From Planctomycetota bacterium (GTDB lineage: Bacteria; Planctomycetota; PLA2): a stretch of DNA of 64,000 nucleotides. Position 1 is the stretch's first letter, and the number at the start of each line of letters is the position of its first letter. The notes beneath the pieces were generated by a model. The model ran no database searches, had not been told where the DNA came from, and saw nothing but the letters and a program-made list of their open reading frames with translations. Made by a program: the position numbers and the translations under genes. Positions 1 through 9,426 of the stretch are shown one piece after another. The stretch is taken from NCBI GenBank assembly GCA_021776735.1, contig JAJFFH010000042.1, forward strand, positions 8,767 to 72,766, written 5' to 3'.

Positions 1-894
1 TGCAGCGGAGAAGTCTTGTTCCGCGAAGTCGGCGAGCGCCTTGTCCAGGAAGTCGGCCTTCGGGTCTGCGCGCACCGCGGCCACAAACAGATTCACACCT
101 GCCCGCAGCTCGCCCGGCGCGATCCCCTCACGTTCGGCCACGACGCCCAACGCGCGATCAAACAGCTCCTTGTCGGTGAGCTTCAGCTCCGCGAGTTGCG
201 CTTTTTGTTCGGTGTAGACGTTCGCGACCCGTCGAATGTAGCGGCGCTGCCGATCCAACTCGGTCTCGACCTCCGCCAGGCGTGCCTCGGTCTTCCCGGT
301 CCGGCCGGTCACCCACCAAAGACCACCGCCCAGAACCGCAAGCACCACCAACGCGACCACGACACCACGCCCAAGCCACGAGCCCGCCCGCCGCAGTTCT
401 TCCGCGAGCTTGTCCACACGAGCCTGCAACGCATGGACCCGCGCCGCGAGCGCTTCCGGCGAGTCGATCTCCTCAAAGATCTCGTCGCCGGACGTCACGC
501 GAGTTCGATGCGCGCGCTGGAGCTCCTCGTGCTCACCCTCGACCGGCGGATGGTCGTCGTAAGCGAAACCCTCCACACAAACAAACACGTACACCGGTTT
601 GCCCAACTCGCGCGCCAGCTCGTACTCGAGCTGCGTGTAGCTGCGGCGCGCCTCCGATGGAGATCGCTCTACCGGCTCAAACCCGTAGCTGCGTCCGACT
701 ACATGAATCATCCCATCACAGGTCTCGATGCGCGCCCGCAACATCTCGCGCACCTTCGAACCGTCCGGCGAAAAACTAGTCTGCTCGACCGGAACACAAC
801 CAATCGTGAGCAGCGCATCCCGAATCAACGCACGGCTACTGCGCAGGTCCGCACTGGTCGCGCTGACAAAGATCAAGGGACGACGAGCTGCCAT
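1..894 (-). CDS. DUF4062 (TIR-like) domain protein with coiled-coil and TM segment; 3' end runs off window
   Basis: Reverse-strand translation from the ATG at 894 gives MAARRPLIFVSATSADLRSSRALIRDALLTIGCVPVEQTSF...CDGMIHVVGRSYG, matching the DUF4062 signature (FISxT..DL..R..I..AL...G..PV..E.F...CD..I.i.G.rYG). A hydrophobic helix and coiled-coil follow. No stop within window. The plus-strand 16..1095 ORF is its antisense artefact. Confidence 0.5.
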   Translation of the reverse strand, partial: MAARRPLIFVSATSADLRSSRALIRDALLTIGCVPVEQTSFSPDGSKVREMLRARIETCDGMIHVVGRSYGFEPVERSPSEARRSYTQLEYELARELGKPVYVFVCVEGFAYDDHPPVEGEHEELQRAHRTRVTSGDEIFEEIDSPEALAARVHALQARVDKLAEELRRAGSWLGRGVVVALVVLAVLGGGLWWVTGRTGKTEARLAEVETELDRQRRYIRRVANVYTEQKAQLAELKLTDKELFDRALGVVAEREGIAPGELRAGVNLFVAAVRADPKADFLDKALADFAEQDFSAA

Positions 895-1264
895 GGAATC
901 CCGGGAAGCGAAGCATCCTACAACAAACAGGTCAGGGGGCCCGGGGGCAACAAACATCGCCGTCCGTACGCTCCCTCAAGTTCAACCCTCCGTGTTCAAC
1001 TTCAAATCGCGAATCACGCGGCGGCCGAGCACGATTGCGCGCGCGCCGTCACCAGAGCGATCGGACTCGGGTTCGGGAGTCTGGGTCGGGTATGAACTCG
1101 CACTGTGGGCGTCAATATTGATCCCGCGCGTCAACTCATGTTCTCCCCTCCTACCTTCGTGTTTCTTCGCGCGCTTCGTGTTTTGATTTCAGGTCGACAG
1201 ACCACGCCGCGGTCTGTCGATACCCCGCCGTTCGCACGCCCGCACGCGCCCGCCCGCTACGACG

Positions 1265-1744
1265 CTACGACGAGTTCGGCGTGCGTGCGACCGCGAACGC
1301 GGCGGCGGTGGAGAGGAGGGCGGCCGCGCCGAACAGGTAGATTCCGTAATGCAGGCTTACGGTCGTGCCGCCGGGGAAGGTTTTTGCGGCCAAGACCACC
1401 AGCGCCAGAACGAATACGTCCGCCATCGAGAATTTTGAGACCCGCGCCATCCAGGTGTGGATGGGACCGCTTTGACCTTCGTTCAGGCACGCGCGGGCGA
1501 GGGCGAGCTTGGCGATGGGGAAGACCACCGAGAACACAAACAACACGAGGCCGATGCCGGGTTGGCCGTCGAGGACCAGGTGGCGGATGCCGCCCGCGAT
1601 CGAGTACGTCTTTGGTGCGTCGAGCATGCCCAGCCAGCGGGCGAGGTCGTTGTGCGGCGCAAGGCGCGGGGTGACCGTGAAGGCGGGGGCGAACAGGCCC
1701 GCGCCGAGCAGGCCGTGCGCGAGCCAGTTGACGGCGCGCCACAT
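1265..1744 (-). CDS. PqiA-like (paraquat-inducible protein A family) integral membrane protein
   Basis: MWRAVNWLAHGLLGAG...DVFVLALVVLAAK; multiple TM helices. TAATG overlap with the upstream gene suggests translational coupling. Confidence 0.5.
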   Translation of the reverse strand: MWRAVNWLAHGLLGAGLFAPAFTVTPRLAPHNDLARWLGMLDAPKTYSIAGGIRHLVLDGQPGIGLVLFVFSVVFPIAKLALARACLNEGQSGPIHTWMARVSKFSMADVFVLALVVLAAKTFPGGTTVSLHYGIYLFGAAALLSTAAAFAVARTPNSS

Positions 1745-2373
1745 TACCGCACGAGGGTTTCGAACTCGACGCGGTCGAGCGGCAGGACGCGACAGTGCGC
1801 CTGCACCAGCCGGCCTCCGGGATTCCCGGGACTTTGAAACACCTGGTCGCCGATCTTGAGCTGCGTGACCGGCACCTCCCACTCCGCCACGAGATCGTCG
1901 CGCATGATGTCGGCATCAAGGACCTTGAATGTCACGGACTGGCCGTCGCGCACGGTGATGCGCGCCGCCTTGATGCTGTCGTCGAGCGACACCGCGCGGA
2001 CGAGGTTTTTCCAGTCGACCGACACGTTGCTCCACTTCGCCAGCAGGGTGTCCGCTTTCTTCGAGCTCTTGAAGACCTGTTGGCCCTGCCAGTCCACCGT
2101 GTAGATGAGGTCGGGAGCGCTGCCGTCCGCGTCCCACCGGCTCCCCTTCGCGGTGCGCGGCGACGCCTCCACCATGGAAAGCAGGACGTAGTACGACTTG
2201 CCGACGACGACCGGTTGTGGCTTGGGCTGGGTCGCCGGCTCCGTGCCGCCGCCCGCATTCCCTTGCTGCTTTGCAGCGATCGCAGGGCTCGCGTCCGCGC
2301 GCGGCCACCAGAAAAACGCTCCGGCGGACGCGACGACAAGCAGAGTGGTCAGGACAATCCAGAAAGCACGCAC
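1744..2373 (-). CDS. membrane-anchored hypothetical protein (N-terminal TM, periplasmic domain)
   Basis: MRAFWIVLTTLLVVASAGAFFWWP then a mixed-composition domain; coupled to the PqiA-like gene. Confidence 0.5.
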   Translation of the reverse strand: MRAFWIVLTTLLVVASAGAFFWWPRADASPAIAAKQQGNAGGGTEPATQPKPQPVVVGKSYYVLLSMVEASPRTAKGSRWDADGSAPDLIYTVDWQGQQVFKSSKKADTLLAKWSNVSVDWKNLVRAVSLDDSIKAARITVRDGQSVTFKVLDADIMRDDLVAEWEVPVTQLKIGDQVFQSPGNPGGRLVQAHCRVLPLDRVEFETLVR

Positions 2374-2485
2374 GACCGGAGTATAAGCCGACCGAGGGAG
2401 CGTTATTCGTTCAACGGCCGCGCAAAGTCCGAAGACATCGCCGTCCGTCCGCTACCGACCGAAGACCGCCCGATAGCCTCTGCGC

Positions 2486-3727
2486 CTACGCCTTGCGCTT
2501 CGGAACCGACACCCCCCACTGGCTCGGCGACCAACCGGAGCCGGTGACGGTCGCGAGGACACCGGTGAACCAGAGCGCGAGGCCTGCCACCGCACCACTC
2601 GCCGCCGACGTGCTGCCGGCCAGGAGCGCCGCGGTGACAAGAGACGCCGTCGCGATGCCGCCCAGGAACGCGAGCGCGAGAACGACGATGCCGCCGCCGA
2701 GCACGGCGTTGGTCAGGCGCACGTTGTTGGTCGCGAGCGAGAGGAGTCCGACGATCAGCAGGCCGGCGCCGGTCCCCAGCAGCGCGGGAAGGCCCAGCAC
2801 CGTTCCGGCAAGCAGCAGCGGTCCGGAGAGCCGCCACGCGAGCCAGCCGCCGCGTGCCGACCCGTCCGCACGCGGGTGCGGCTCGTGCAGCGGCGCATGC
2901 TGCGCGAACCCGTTCAGCACGAACGCGATCACGGCACGGACCTTTTGCGGGCCGAACGCGCCCCAGCGGCGCAGCTCCCACAGCTTTTGCTGCAAATCCT
3001 TGCGAAAGCGCATCCGCAAGTCCCACGGCACGAGCGAACTCGCCGGTTTGACCAGACGATCCGCGAAGCCGTTCGGCTTCACCGGCCCGTTCGCCAGCTC
3101 CGGATCCATCGCCGCATCGTGTGCGGGGGCGACCTGCTCGCCGACCTCGATGCCGCACGCCTCGGGATCGAGGTCGGTCGCGGTATCGGCGTCGGGATCG
3201 AACGGCATTTCCGGCTCGGACAGTGTCTCGGATTGGGACACCCCCGAGCTGATGGAGCGTGTCGAGTCCGTTTCGGGGGGGGCGGGGGCCGGCGCCGGAT
3301 CCGAAACCGGGTCCGGAACAACGTCGACGTGCTCCGGAATGATGATGATCTTTTTTGCGGTCTCTTCTTCGACGGCCTTGGAGTCCGTGGCTTCGGCGTC
3401 GGCGGTTTCGGCGCCCGCGGCTTGATCTGCCACGTGCTCGTCTTGTCCGGCACCCGCATTCTCGGGCTGCTCGGCGATCCGCCGTGCAGACTCCGCAGCC
3501 CCGGAACGGTTGGCGACGACGGTGTCGATGCGCGTAAAGACATCTTCGCGGAGTTCGTCGGGCACGCGCTGCAGGAACTCCTTGAAGTCGGGGTTCCAGC
3601 CTTCGTCCAAAAGACGAATGTATTCGCGTACGAACGGCTCGGCAAAAAGTGCCTGCGCGCGCTGTTCTGCGTCCAGTCGGACTGCCATCTCCACCTCCGG
3701 GGGGCCTTGGCCCAATGGGCCCTTCAC
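2486..3727 (-). CDS. hypothetical membrane protein with acidic low-complexity region and C-terminal TM helices
   Basis: Balanced composition, D/E-rich linker, 4+ C-terminal hydrophobic helices; the overlapping 469-aa R-rich ORF is an artefact. Start may be the internal M at ~3688. Confidence 0.5.
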   Translation of the reverse strand: MKGPLGQGPPEVEMAVRLDAEQRAQALFAEPFVREYIRLLDEGWNPDFKEFLQRVPDELREDVFTRIDTVVANRSGAAESARRIAEQPENAGAGQDEHVADQAAGAETADAEATDSKAVEEETAKKIIIIPEHVDVVPDPVSDPAPAPAPPETDSTRSISSGVSQSETLSEPEMPFDPDADTATDLDPEACGIEVGEQVAPAHDAAMDPELANGPVKPNGFADRLVKPASSLVPWDLRMRFRKDLQQKLWELRRWGAFGPQKVRAVIAFVLNGFAQHAPLHEPHPRADGSARGGWLAWRLSGPLLLAGTVLGLPALLGTGAGLLIVGLLSLATNNVRLTNAVLGGGIVVLALAFLGGIATASLVTAALLAGSTSAASGAVAGLALWFTGVLATVTGSGWSPSQWGVSVPKRKA

Positions 3728-3818
3728 GTCTCTCCATCGGAAGACTACCCCACGGTTTTTCAGGGGAAAGTGGCACCGAAAGAATCGAATCGGGACGGTC
3801 CCCCGCTCCCACCCCCCG

Positions 3819-6800
3819 TCAGCGCGGTCGCGCGGGCAGCTTCACCTCGATCGGCGCGCCCGGTTTCAGGTCGTGCAGGTAGCGCTGATAGGCAAAGGTC
3901 GCGTCGACTTTGAGCTCGGCGTAGATCTGATGGAGCACCGTCGGGCGCCCCAGCAGGACAAACCAACCCTCCGTGTTGGACTTCGTCTCCGCGAGCTTGT
4001 CGCCGGTCTTGGTGCGCAGCACGATGCGAACCCCCGGCGCCACGCGTCCGTCTGCAAACCGCACTACGCCGGCGAACTCCGCGCCTTTCTCGAGCCGTAG
4101 CGTGACCATGCCCCGACCGGGCCTCGCCTCGACGGGCGCCGGCCCCACGAGCCCTGCGGAGCCGCCGGTCACCCTGATGCGGAAGCGCCGGCGCGCCAAC
4201 CGCTCGAAGCGGACCTTCCCGTCGCGGCCGGTCGTGCCACGCTGCGCCTGCGGATCGGGCCGGGGAAACCGAAGCGTGTTGTGCGCCTCGACCCGCACGC
4301 CGGCGACCGGCTTGCCCGCGGGATCGACCACGCGCACCGTCAGCGTACGGTCGCGCGGCATCGCGCCGGTCCGCACGGTGATGCCGCTTGCCGGCGCGCG
4401 CACGCCGGGCGCCGCGCCGTAGACGGCGAGCGTTTCGGTGGACGGATGCGGGCGAGTGCCGTCGATCGCGATGTCCACGGTTTCGCCGCTCCGGAGCGAC
4501 AGCGCGAACCGACCCTGCCCGTCGGTCGTCGCGCGTGCACGCGGCCGGCCGGTCGCGGGGTCGTAGCCGACGACGAGCACCGCGCCGAGCGGCTCGCCAT
4601 TCGGCCCGAGCACGCGTCCCTGCACCCTGACCGCCTTCTCCAGAACAATCGTGATTTCTTCTTCCGACGGCACGACACGCTTTTCATGCCCGGCGAAGTG
4701 CGGCGTCCGACCCGGGTAGACGTCGATGTCGTAGGGCCGATACTCGAGCCCGTTCACGATCGCGTGGCCCGAAGGGTCGGTCTCGGCGTGATGGCGCTGC
4801 GCCACGCGCACGTGTGCACCCGCGACCGCATCGCCGTCCGTATCCACGACTCGGACTCGAAGCATGGCCGCAACAGGCACGTCCACCTCGAATCCGGAAA
4901 CCGCGCCATCGATCTCGACGTTGTGGCGCACGGCGGGGCGCCCGAACGGATGGACGGCAAGTTCGTACGAACCCGGTCCCAGATCGACGAACCGGAACCG
5001 GCCCAGGTCGTCGGTCCGCCGTCGCTCGATCGTCCCGTAGAACGCTCCTAGATGGTGCGCCTCGAGCAATCGCAGTTCTAGGCGCACGCGCGCCCGCGGC
5101 ACGGAAGCCCCCGTAACGCGCCCAGCCAGCGACGACGGCACCGGTAGACGGATGTCGCCCACCATCACGCGCCCGGCCCGTTCGGGATGCGGCGAAAAAT
5201 CGACCAGCTTGCGCCCGTGCCCCGCCGCTTGCACGACGAGCGTGTGCGCCAGATCGCGCCGAAGGCTCGTCAACACGAACAGGCCACGCGCGTCCGTCCG
5301 GGCATGCCGCGAATCGATGTGCTGCATGACGTCGTCATGCCGGCTCGCCATCGCGACGACCCGCGCCCCGGCCAGGGGACGACCGCCCGCGTCCAGCACC
5401 CGTCCGCTGCACTCGTCGCCTTCGTGCAACAGGAAATCGATCGCGGCCCGCGCGCCCGCATGCTTCTGCGCGGTCCCGAACCCGTCCGCGAACGCGAACA
5501 GGATCGGCGCGCGCGTCCGCAACTCGTAGTGCCCCGACGCATCCGTCAACACCGAGCGCCTGAGTTCCCAACCCTCGCCGACCCGCGCGCCGACGATCAG
5601 ACGACCGTTCGCACCGCGCACAAACCCGGTCACGAGCCGTCCGGCAAGCGGCCGCAGTTCCACACGCCCCGGCACATGCGCTGTCGCGGTCGCGATCCCG
5701 CCAAGGGGATGCCGCGCCGTGACCGTCACGGGACCGACCGGCAGCTGCAAGACCGCGCGTCCGGTCTTGTCCGCATGTGCCTGCACCGAAGCATGGGGAA
5801 GCAAACGGACGGCGATGTCCGCGCCCTGGACGGTCTGTACGACGAGTTCGCCCGCCGCACGGCGCAAGACGATCCGCACGCGCTCGCCCGCCTGACAGGG
5901 CTGCGCGACTTCGGCGGGATAACCGTCCGCCGCAACCCGCAGCGTCGCGCGCGCACCCCGGGACAACCGCAGCCGGAACCGCCCCACCGAGTCCGTCACG
6001 CTGTGCGGGCCGGCCTCGGGAGCGCCGCCGTGTAGGAGCGCCGCGCGGCTGAACGGCAAGGTCGTAGACACGCGCGCGCCGACGATCGGCTGACCATCGC
6101 CGTCCACAACCACACCGAACAGGTCACGCTCACGATCGGGCGCAGGCGACGCCGTAGTCGCGCCATCGACGCGCTTCTCCGGTGTCGTGTTCACGGGATC
6201 GGCTCCGTTGTCGGACGCGGTCCGCTCGGCCGTACGCTCCTGTCGCTCCGCAGGCTTGTCGCCGTCTTTCCACAACCACAGCGCCCCCACCGCGAGCACC
6301 CCCGCCGCGACGAGCGCAACACGCAGCGACATCGCGGACAAGAACACGGGCCACGGACGCGGGCGAACAGCAAGCGGCAAGAGCGCAAGCTGCCAGCGCG
6401 CGCGGTCGCCATGGGTGGCGTCGAGCCGCTCGCGCAGCATCCCCAGGGCCTTTTGCACACGCGAACGCACGGTGGACGCGGGCACCCCCTGCCGCTTGGC
6501 AATCTCGGCCGCAGAGCAGTCCTCCAAAAAACGCAGGAACACGGTCTCGCGGTACGGCTCCGGCAGCTCGCGCACGGCGCGGGCGACGGATTCCTGGATC
6601 TCGAGCCGCTCCGCGACCTCGTCCGGGCGCGCCGGGCCAGCCGAACCGGCCAAAGACATCGCCGTCCGTTCCTGACGTACGCGTCGTCGCCCCTCCGAGC
6701 GCCACTGCATCTTCACGAGATTGCGCAGCGTGCCGGCGAGATAGCCTCGCAGCGAGGTGCGCGGCGGCGGCGCCCGCAACGCGGCCACCATGGCGTCCTG

Positions 6801-6902
6801 CGCAAGGTCGTCGGCCAAATGCGGGTCGGCCACAAGACGCCGCGCAAGACCGCGCAGAAACCGCCCATGAGCCACGAGTTCGTCGGTACTTCTGTGTGTC
6901 AC
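3819..6902 (-). CDS. ECF sigma-70 domain fused to TM helix and periplasmic carboxypeptidase-regulatory-like repeat array (ECF fusion paralog 1)
   Basis: The N-terminal ~190 aa carry sigma2 (DLAQDAMVAAL) and sigma4 (ETVFLRFLEDCSAAEIAKRQGVPASTVRSRVQKAL) motifs. A TM helix LRVALVAAGVLAVGALWLW follows, then repeated GRVxDxxGxPxAGARV beta-sandwich units. Confidence 0.8.
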   Translation of the reverse strand: MTHRSTDELVAHGRFLRGLARRLVADPHLADDLAQDAMVAALRAPPPRTSLRGYLAGTLRNLVKMQWRSEGRRRVRQERTAMSLAGSAGPARPDEVAERLEIQESVARAVRELPEPYRETVFLRFLEDCSAAEIAKRQGVPASTVRSRVQKALGMLRERLDATHGDRARWQLALLPLAVRPRPWPVFLSAMSLRVALVAAGVLAVGALWLWKDGDKPAERQERTAERTASDNGADPVNTTPEKRVDGATTASPAPDRERDLFGVVVDGDGQPIVGARVSTTLPFSRAALLHGGAPEAGPHSVTDSVGRFRLRLSRGARATLRVAADGYPAEVAQPCQAGERVRIVLRRAAGELVVQTVQGADIAVRLLPHASVQAHADKTGRAVLQLPVGPVTVTARHPLGGIATATAHVPGRVELRPLAGRLVTGFVRGANGRLIVGARVGEGWELRRSVLTDASGHYELRTRAPILFAFADGFGTAQKHAGARAAIDFLLHEGDECSGRVLDAGGRPLAGARVVAMASRHDDVMQHIDSRHARTDARGLFVLTSLRRDLAHTLVVQAAGHGRKLVDFSPHPERAGRVMVGDIRLPVPSSLAGRVTGASVPRARVRLELRLLEAHHLGAFYGTIERRRTDDLGRFRFVDLGPGSYELAVHPFGRPAVRHNVEIDGAVSGFEVDVPVAAMLRVRVVDTDGDAVAGAHVRVAQRHHAETDPSGHAIVNGLEYRPYDIDVYPGRTPHFAGHEKRVVPSEEEITIVLEKAVRVQGRVLGPNGEPLGAVLVVGYDPATGRPRARATTDGQGRFALSLRSGETVDIAIDGTRPHPSTETLAVYGAAPGVRAPASGITVRTGAMPRDRTLTVRVVDPAGKPVAGVRVEAHNTLRFPRPDPQAQRGTTGRDGKVRFERLARRRFRIRVTGGSAGLVGPAPVEARPGRGMVTLRLEKGAEFAGVVRFADGRVAPGVRIVLRTKTGDKLAETKSNTEGWFVLLGRPTVLHQIYAELKVDATFAYQRYLHDLKPGAPIEVKLPARPR

Positions 6903-7005
6903 GCCAAGGAGTTGCCGCCGCCGCCCGAAGTGTCCATGATTATTCTGGATTGTCCTGCCGATCCGTTCAGCCGTGGTGACCCGGGCACTTCGCGCCCCGG
7001 CCCCC

Positions 7006-8520
7006 CTACTTCAACTGCTTGAGGGCTTGGGCGCAGCGCTTGCCGCTGCGGTGTTCCGGGGACTTTTTGACCACCGCTTCGTGCAGCGCGATGGCCTGCG
7101 CGCGGCGTTGCGGGTTCTTGTCCGCGAGCACCGTCTTCAGCGACCGTGCGTACAGGTCGTTGGACGCGTAGACCGTCAGGCAAAACGCCAGCGCGCGGTA
7201 GTACGGATCAAACCACGACTCGTCCTTGACCAGCCCGACGAGGTTGTCGAAAAGGCGCGGATTGTCGGTCGTCTCCAGGGTCTCGCGCGTCCACTTCTTC
7301 CAGCGCTCCTTGAAGTACGTTGTCGCGACTTGACTTGCGGGGCGCACATGGCCGGCGACATTCTCGCCGTACAACTTGGCGATCCACTCAAACAACTCGT
7401 CCTCGGGCGGGTGGCCGCGCCTGTAGGCGAGCTGATACATCCGCAGCGCCAGGGCCGGTTCCCTGAGCTTGCGCAGCCGGCGGGCCGCGGCGAGAGGAAC
7501 GGACGGCGATGTTGCGTAGCGGCGCGCGACCTTGTGGCAGTTCTCGAAAGGCTTGTCCGACTCGGCGGCTTCCTCGGCCTCGAGCTCCGGCACGCGCTTG
7601 CGCAACGGCTCCAGGAACGAACGGCGCTTCATCTCTGTGCGCAGCCACGCCAGCGCCTCGCGGCCGCTCTTTTGACGCAGCCCCTCGAGCCGACGGTCCG
7701 CGGCCTCCAGCGCGAACGCGCGCAGGCCCTTGTGTCCCGGTTCCTCGGCGAGCCCGCCGGCCGCGATGTCGAGTGCGCTCGCCGGATCAGATGCCGCCCG
7801 CGCTTCGTCCAGAGCGGTCTCGCCCGCGCTCGGCCGCAGTCCGAAAAACAGCGCGGCTCCGACAGCCGCCACGATGACGACCGCGGCGATCGCAATCACA
7901 GCGCGTCGGTTTCCCCCGGCGTCCACCCGATCCCGAAACCCGGTGATGACCGGCCCGCGCGGCGTGAGGCGCACGCCCGCGCGCACCCGCTGGCGCAGCG
8001 GACTGTTGTCGGGCTGCACGACGGAGAACACCTTCACGGGATACGGAATACCCTTGAACGTGTGCTCCCCGGCCGAGGCGGCGGGCGCCTCCTTGCGGTT
8101 CATCGTGAGATACACGGCTTCGGTGAAATAGACCTCACCGGGCTCGGCGATGGCCTCGAGCCGCGCCGCGATGTTGACCGGCTCGCCGAGGATGTCACCG
8201 TCGAGAAGCTCCACATCGCCGGAGTTGATCGCCACCCGAACGTGCAACCGTTCCTGCTCCGCGACCGTGCCGTTGTGCTGGCGCAGCACTTCCTGCACGG
8301 CGACCCCGCACATCACGGCGTTGGTCGAACTGTCGAAGCGGACCAGGAACGCGTCCCCGATCTCCTTGACGACCGTCCCCCCGAAGTGCCGAAAGACCGG
8401 CTGCAGCAGGTGCGCGTGCTGTTCCAGCAGGGTATTCAGATCGTCCCGACTCGAATCCGAGACCCGGGCCGTGAAGCCCTGGATGTCGGTGAACATGATC
8501 GTGAGATGCCGCGTCGCCAC
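7006..8520 (-). CDS. class III adenylate/guanylate cyclase with TM segment and C-terminal helical domain
   Basis: IMFTDIQGFTA...GDAFLVRF...EPVNIAARLE catalytic motifs. Confidence 0.85.
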   Translation of the reverse strand: MATRHLTIMFTDIQGFTARVSDSSRDDLNTLLEQHAHLLQPVFRHFGGTVVKEIGDAFLVRFDSSTNAVMCGVAVQEVLRQHNGTVAEQERLHVRVAINSGDVELLDGDILGEPVNIAARLEAIAEPGEVYFTEAVYLTMNRKEAPAASAGEHTFKGIPYPVKVFSVVQPDNSPLRQRVRAGVRLTPRGPVITGFRDRVDAGGNRRAVIAIAAVVIVAAVGAALFFGLRPSAGETALDEARAASDPASALDIAAGGLAEEPGHKGLRAFALEAADRRLEGLRQKSGREALAWLRTEMKRRSFLEPLRKRVPELEAEEAAESDKPFENCHKVARRYATSPSVPLAAARRLRKLREPALALRMYQLAYRRGHPPEDELFEWIAKLYGENVAGHVRPASQVATTYFKERWKKWTRETLETTDNPRLFDNLVGLVKDESWFDPYYRALAFCLTVYASNDLYARSLKTVLADKNPQRRAQAIALHEAVVKKSPEHRSGKRCAQALKQLK

Positions 8521-8602
8521 GCGCGGGATTCTACCTCCGGAGCCCCCTCGACAAATACAACGGAGACAACGGAAAAAAGCAGACGGACGGCGATGTCCTG
8601 GG

Positions 8603-9148
8603 CTATCGCCAATCGACGAGGTCGATCATCACCGCGTTCTTTGGACAATAGCGCTCGCCGTCCAGATAGCCGTCGAGATCGTCTTCCACGTCGGATGGCA
8701 GGCCATCGCACGGGCCCACGGCGTCGTCGGCAGCAATGATCGCGAAGTCCTCGTTGTCGAGATGCCAGGTCCACGGTCCGTTGTGGTCGTCCTGCCCACC
8801 GCCTTCCACGACGAATCCGTCGGGGATGCCATCGGTCACGCCGTCCCAGAGATCCAGCAGTTCGTCGATGCCGTCTTCGTCCGTCACCCAGACGCTGAAC
8901 AACTCGCCCTCGACGTCGAACGTCGCGACGACGCCGCCCTCAAGATAGATCGGACCCGGGAAGGGACCCGGCACCGGTACGGGTACGGGCACCGGAACGG
9001 GAACGGGGACGGGTGCCGGCCCCGGACCGCCGCCACCACCGTCAACCGGTATGACGACCTCGTCGTTCGAGCCGGTCGGCAGCGTCGTCTTGCCGGAGCC
9101 GCACGCGACCAGACCGAGAGCCAAAGCGATCGCAGCCAAGCAGCGCAT
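8603..9148 (-). CDS. lipoprotein with PV-repeat linker
   Basis: Internal start MRCLAAIALALGLVACGS (lipobox LVAC); PVPVPVPVPVPVPG repeat; acidic C-terminus. The longer 288-aa ORF has an R-rich N-terminal extension judged spurious. Confidence 0.55.
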   Translation of the reverse strand: MRCLAAIALALGLVACGSGKTTLPTGSNDEVVIPVDGGGGGPGPAPVPVPVPVPVPVPVPGPFPGPIYLEGGVVATFDVEGELFSVWVTDEDGIDELLDLWDGVTDGIPDGFVVEGGGQDDHNGPWTWHLDNEDFAIIAADDAVGPCDGLPSDVEDDLDGYLDGERYCPKNAVMIDLVDWR

Positions 9149-9426
9149 GGCGGGTTCTCCTGTTGCCGAGTCCGCGCGAGGCGTGGCACCGTCCGGCGCG
9201 CGGATGTATTCGGGCATAGGGATCGTTGGCGCACTTCCGGACCCGCAAGACGGCTGTTTTGCGGGGGTCTTGCGCCGTTTTGGAGCGCTTGTTGCGTCTT
9301 CGCGTCGATTGCGGGTGAAGGTGTCACCCGAAAGAATCGCCGTCCGTGTGCTGACTCGGCTCGACCCGGTTATCTTGGCGGCTGGCGGTGCGCCCCTAAC
9401 GGCAGCACATCTACCAGGAGGTCTCC

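Noticed and set aside
16-1095. 359-aa plus-strand ORF
   Set aside because: Arginine-rich antisense of the DUF4062 gene on the minus strand.
2403-3812. 469-aa minus-strand ORF
   Set aside because: Extreme R/G/P composition; out-of-frame overlap of the real 2486..3727 gene.
6658-6674. Motif read as an ECF-type promoter (GGAAC ... GTC)
   Set aside because: GGAAC and GTC are only ~11 nt apart, too short for ECF -35/-10 spacing, and three copies lie inside CDSs, so a promoter is not the whole explanation.
6182-6979. 265-aa and neighbouring plus-strand ORFs inside ECF fusion 1
   Set aside because: Antisense artefacts of a high-GC gene (R/A/P-rich).
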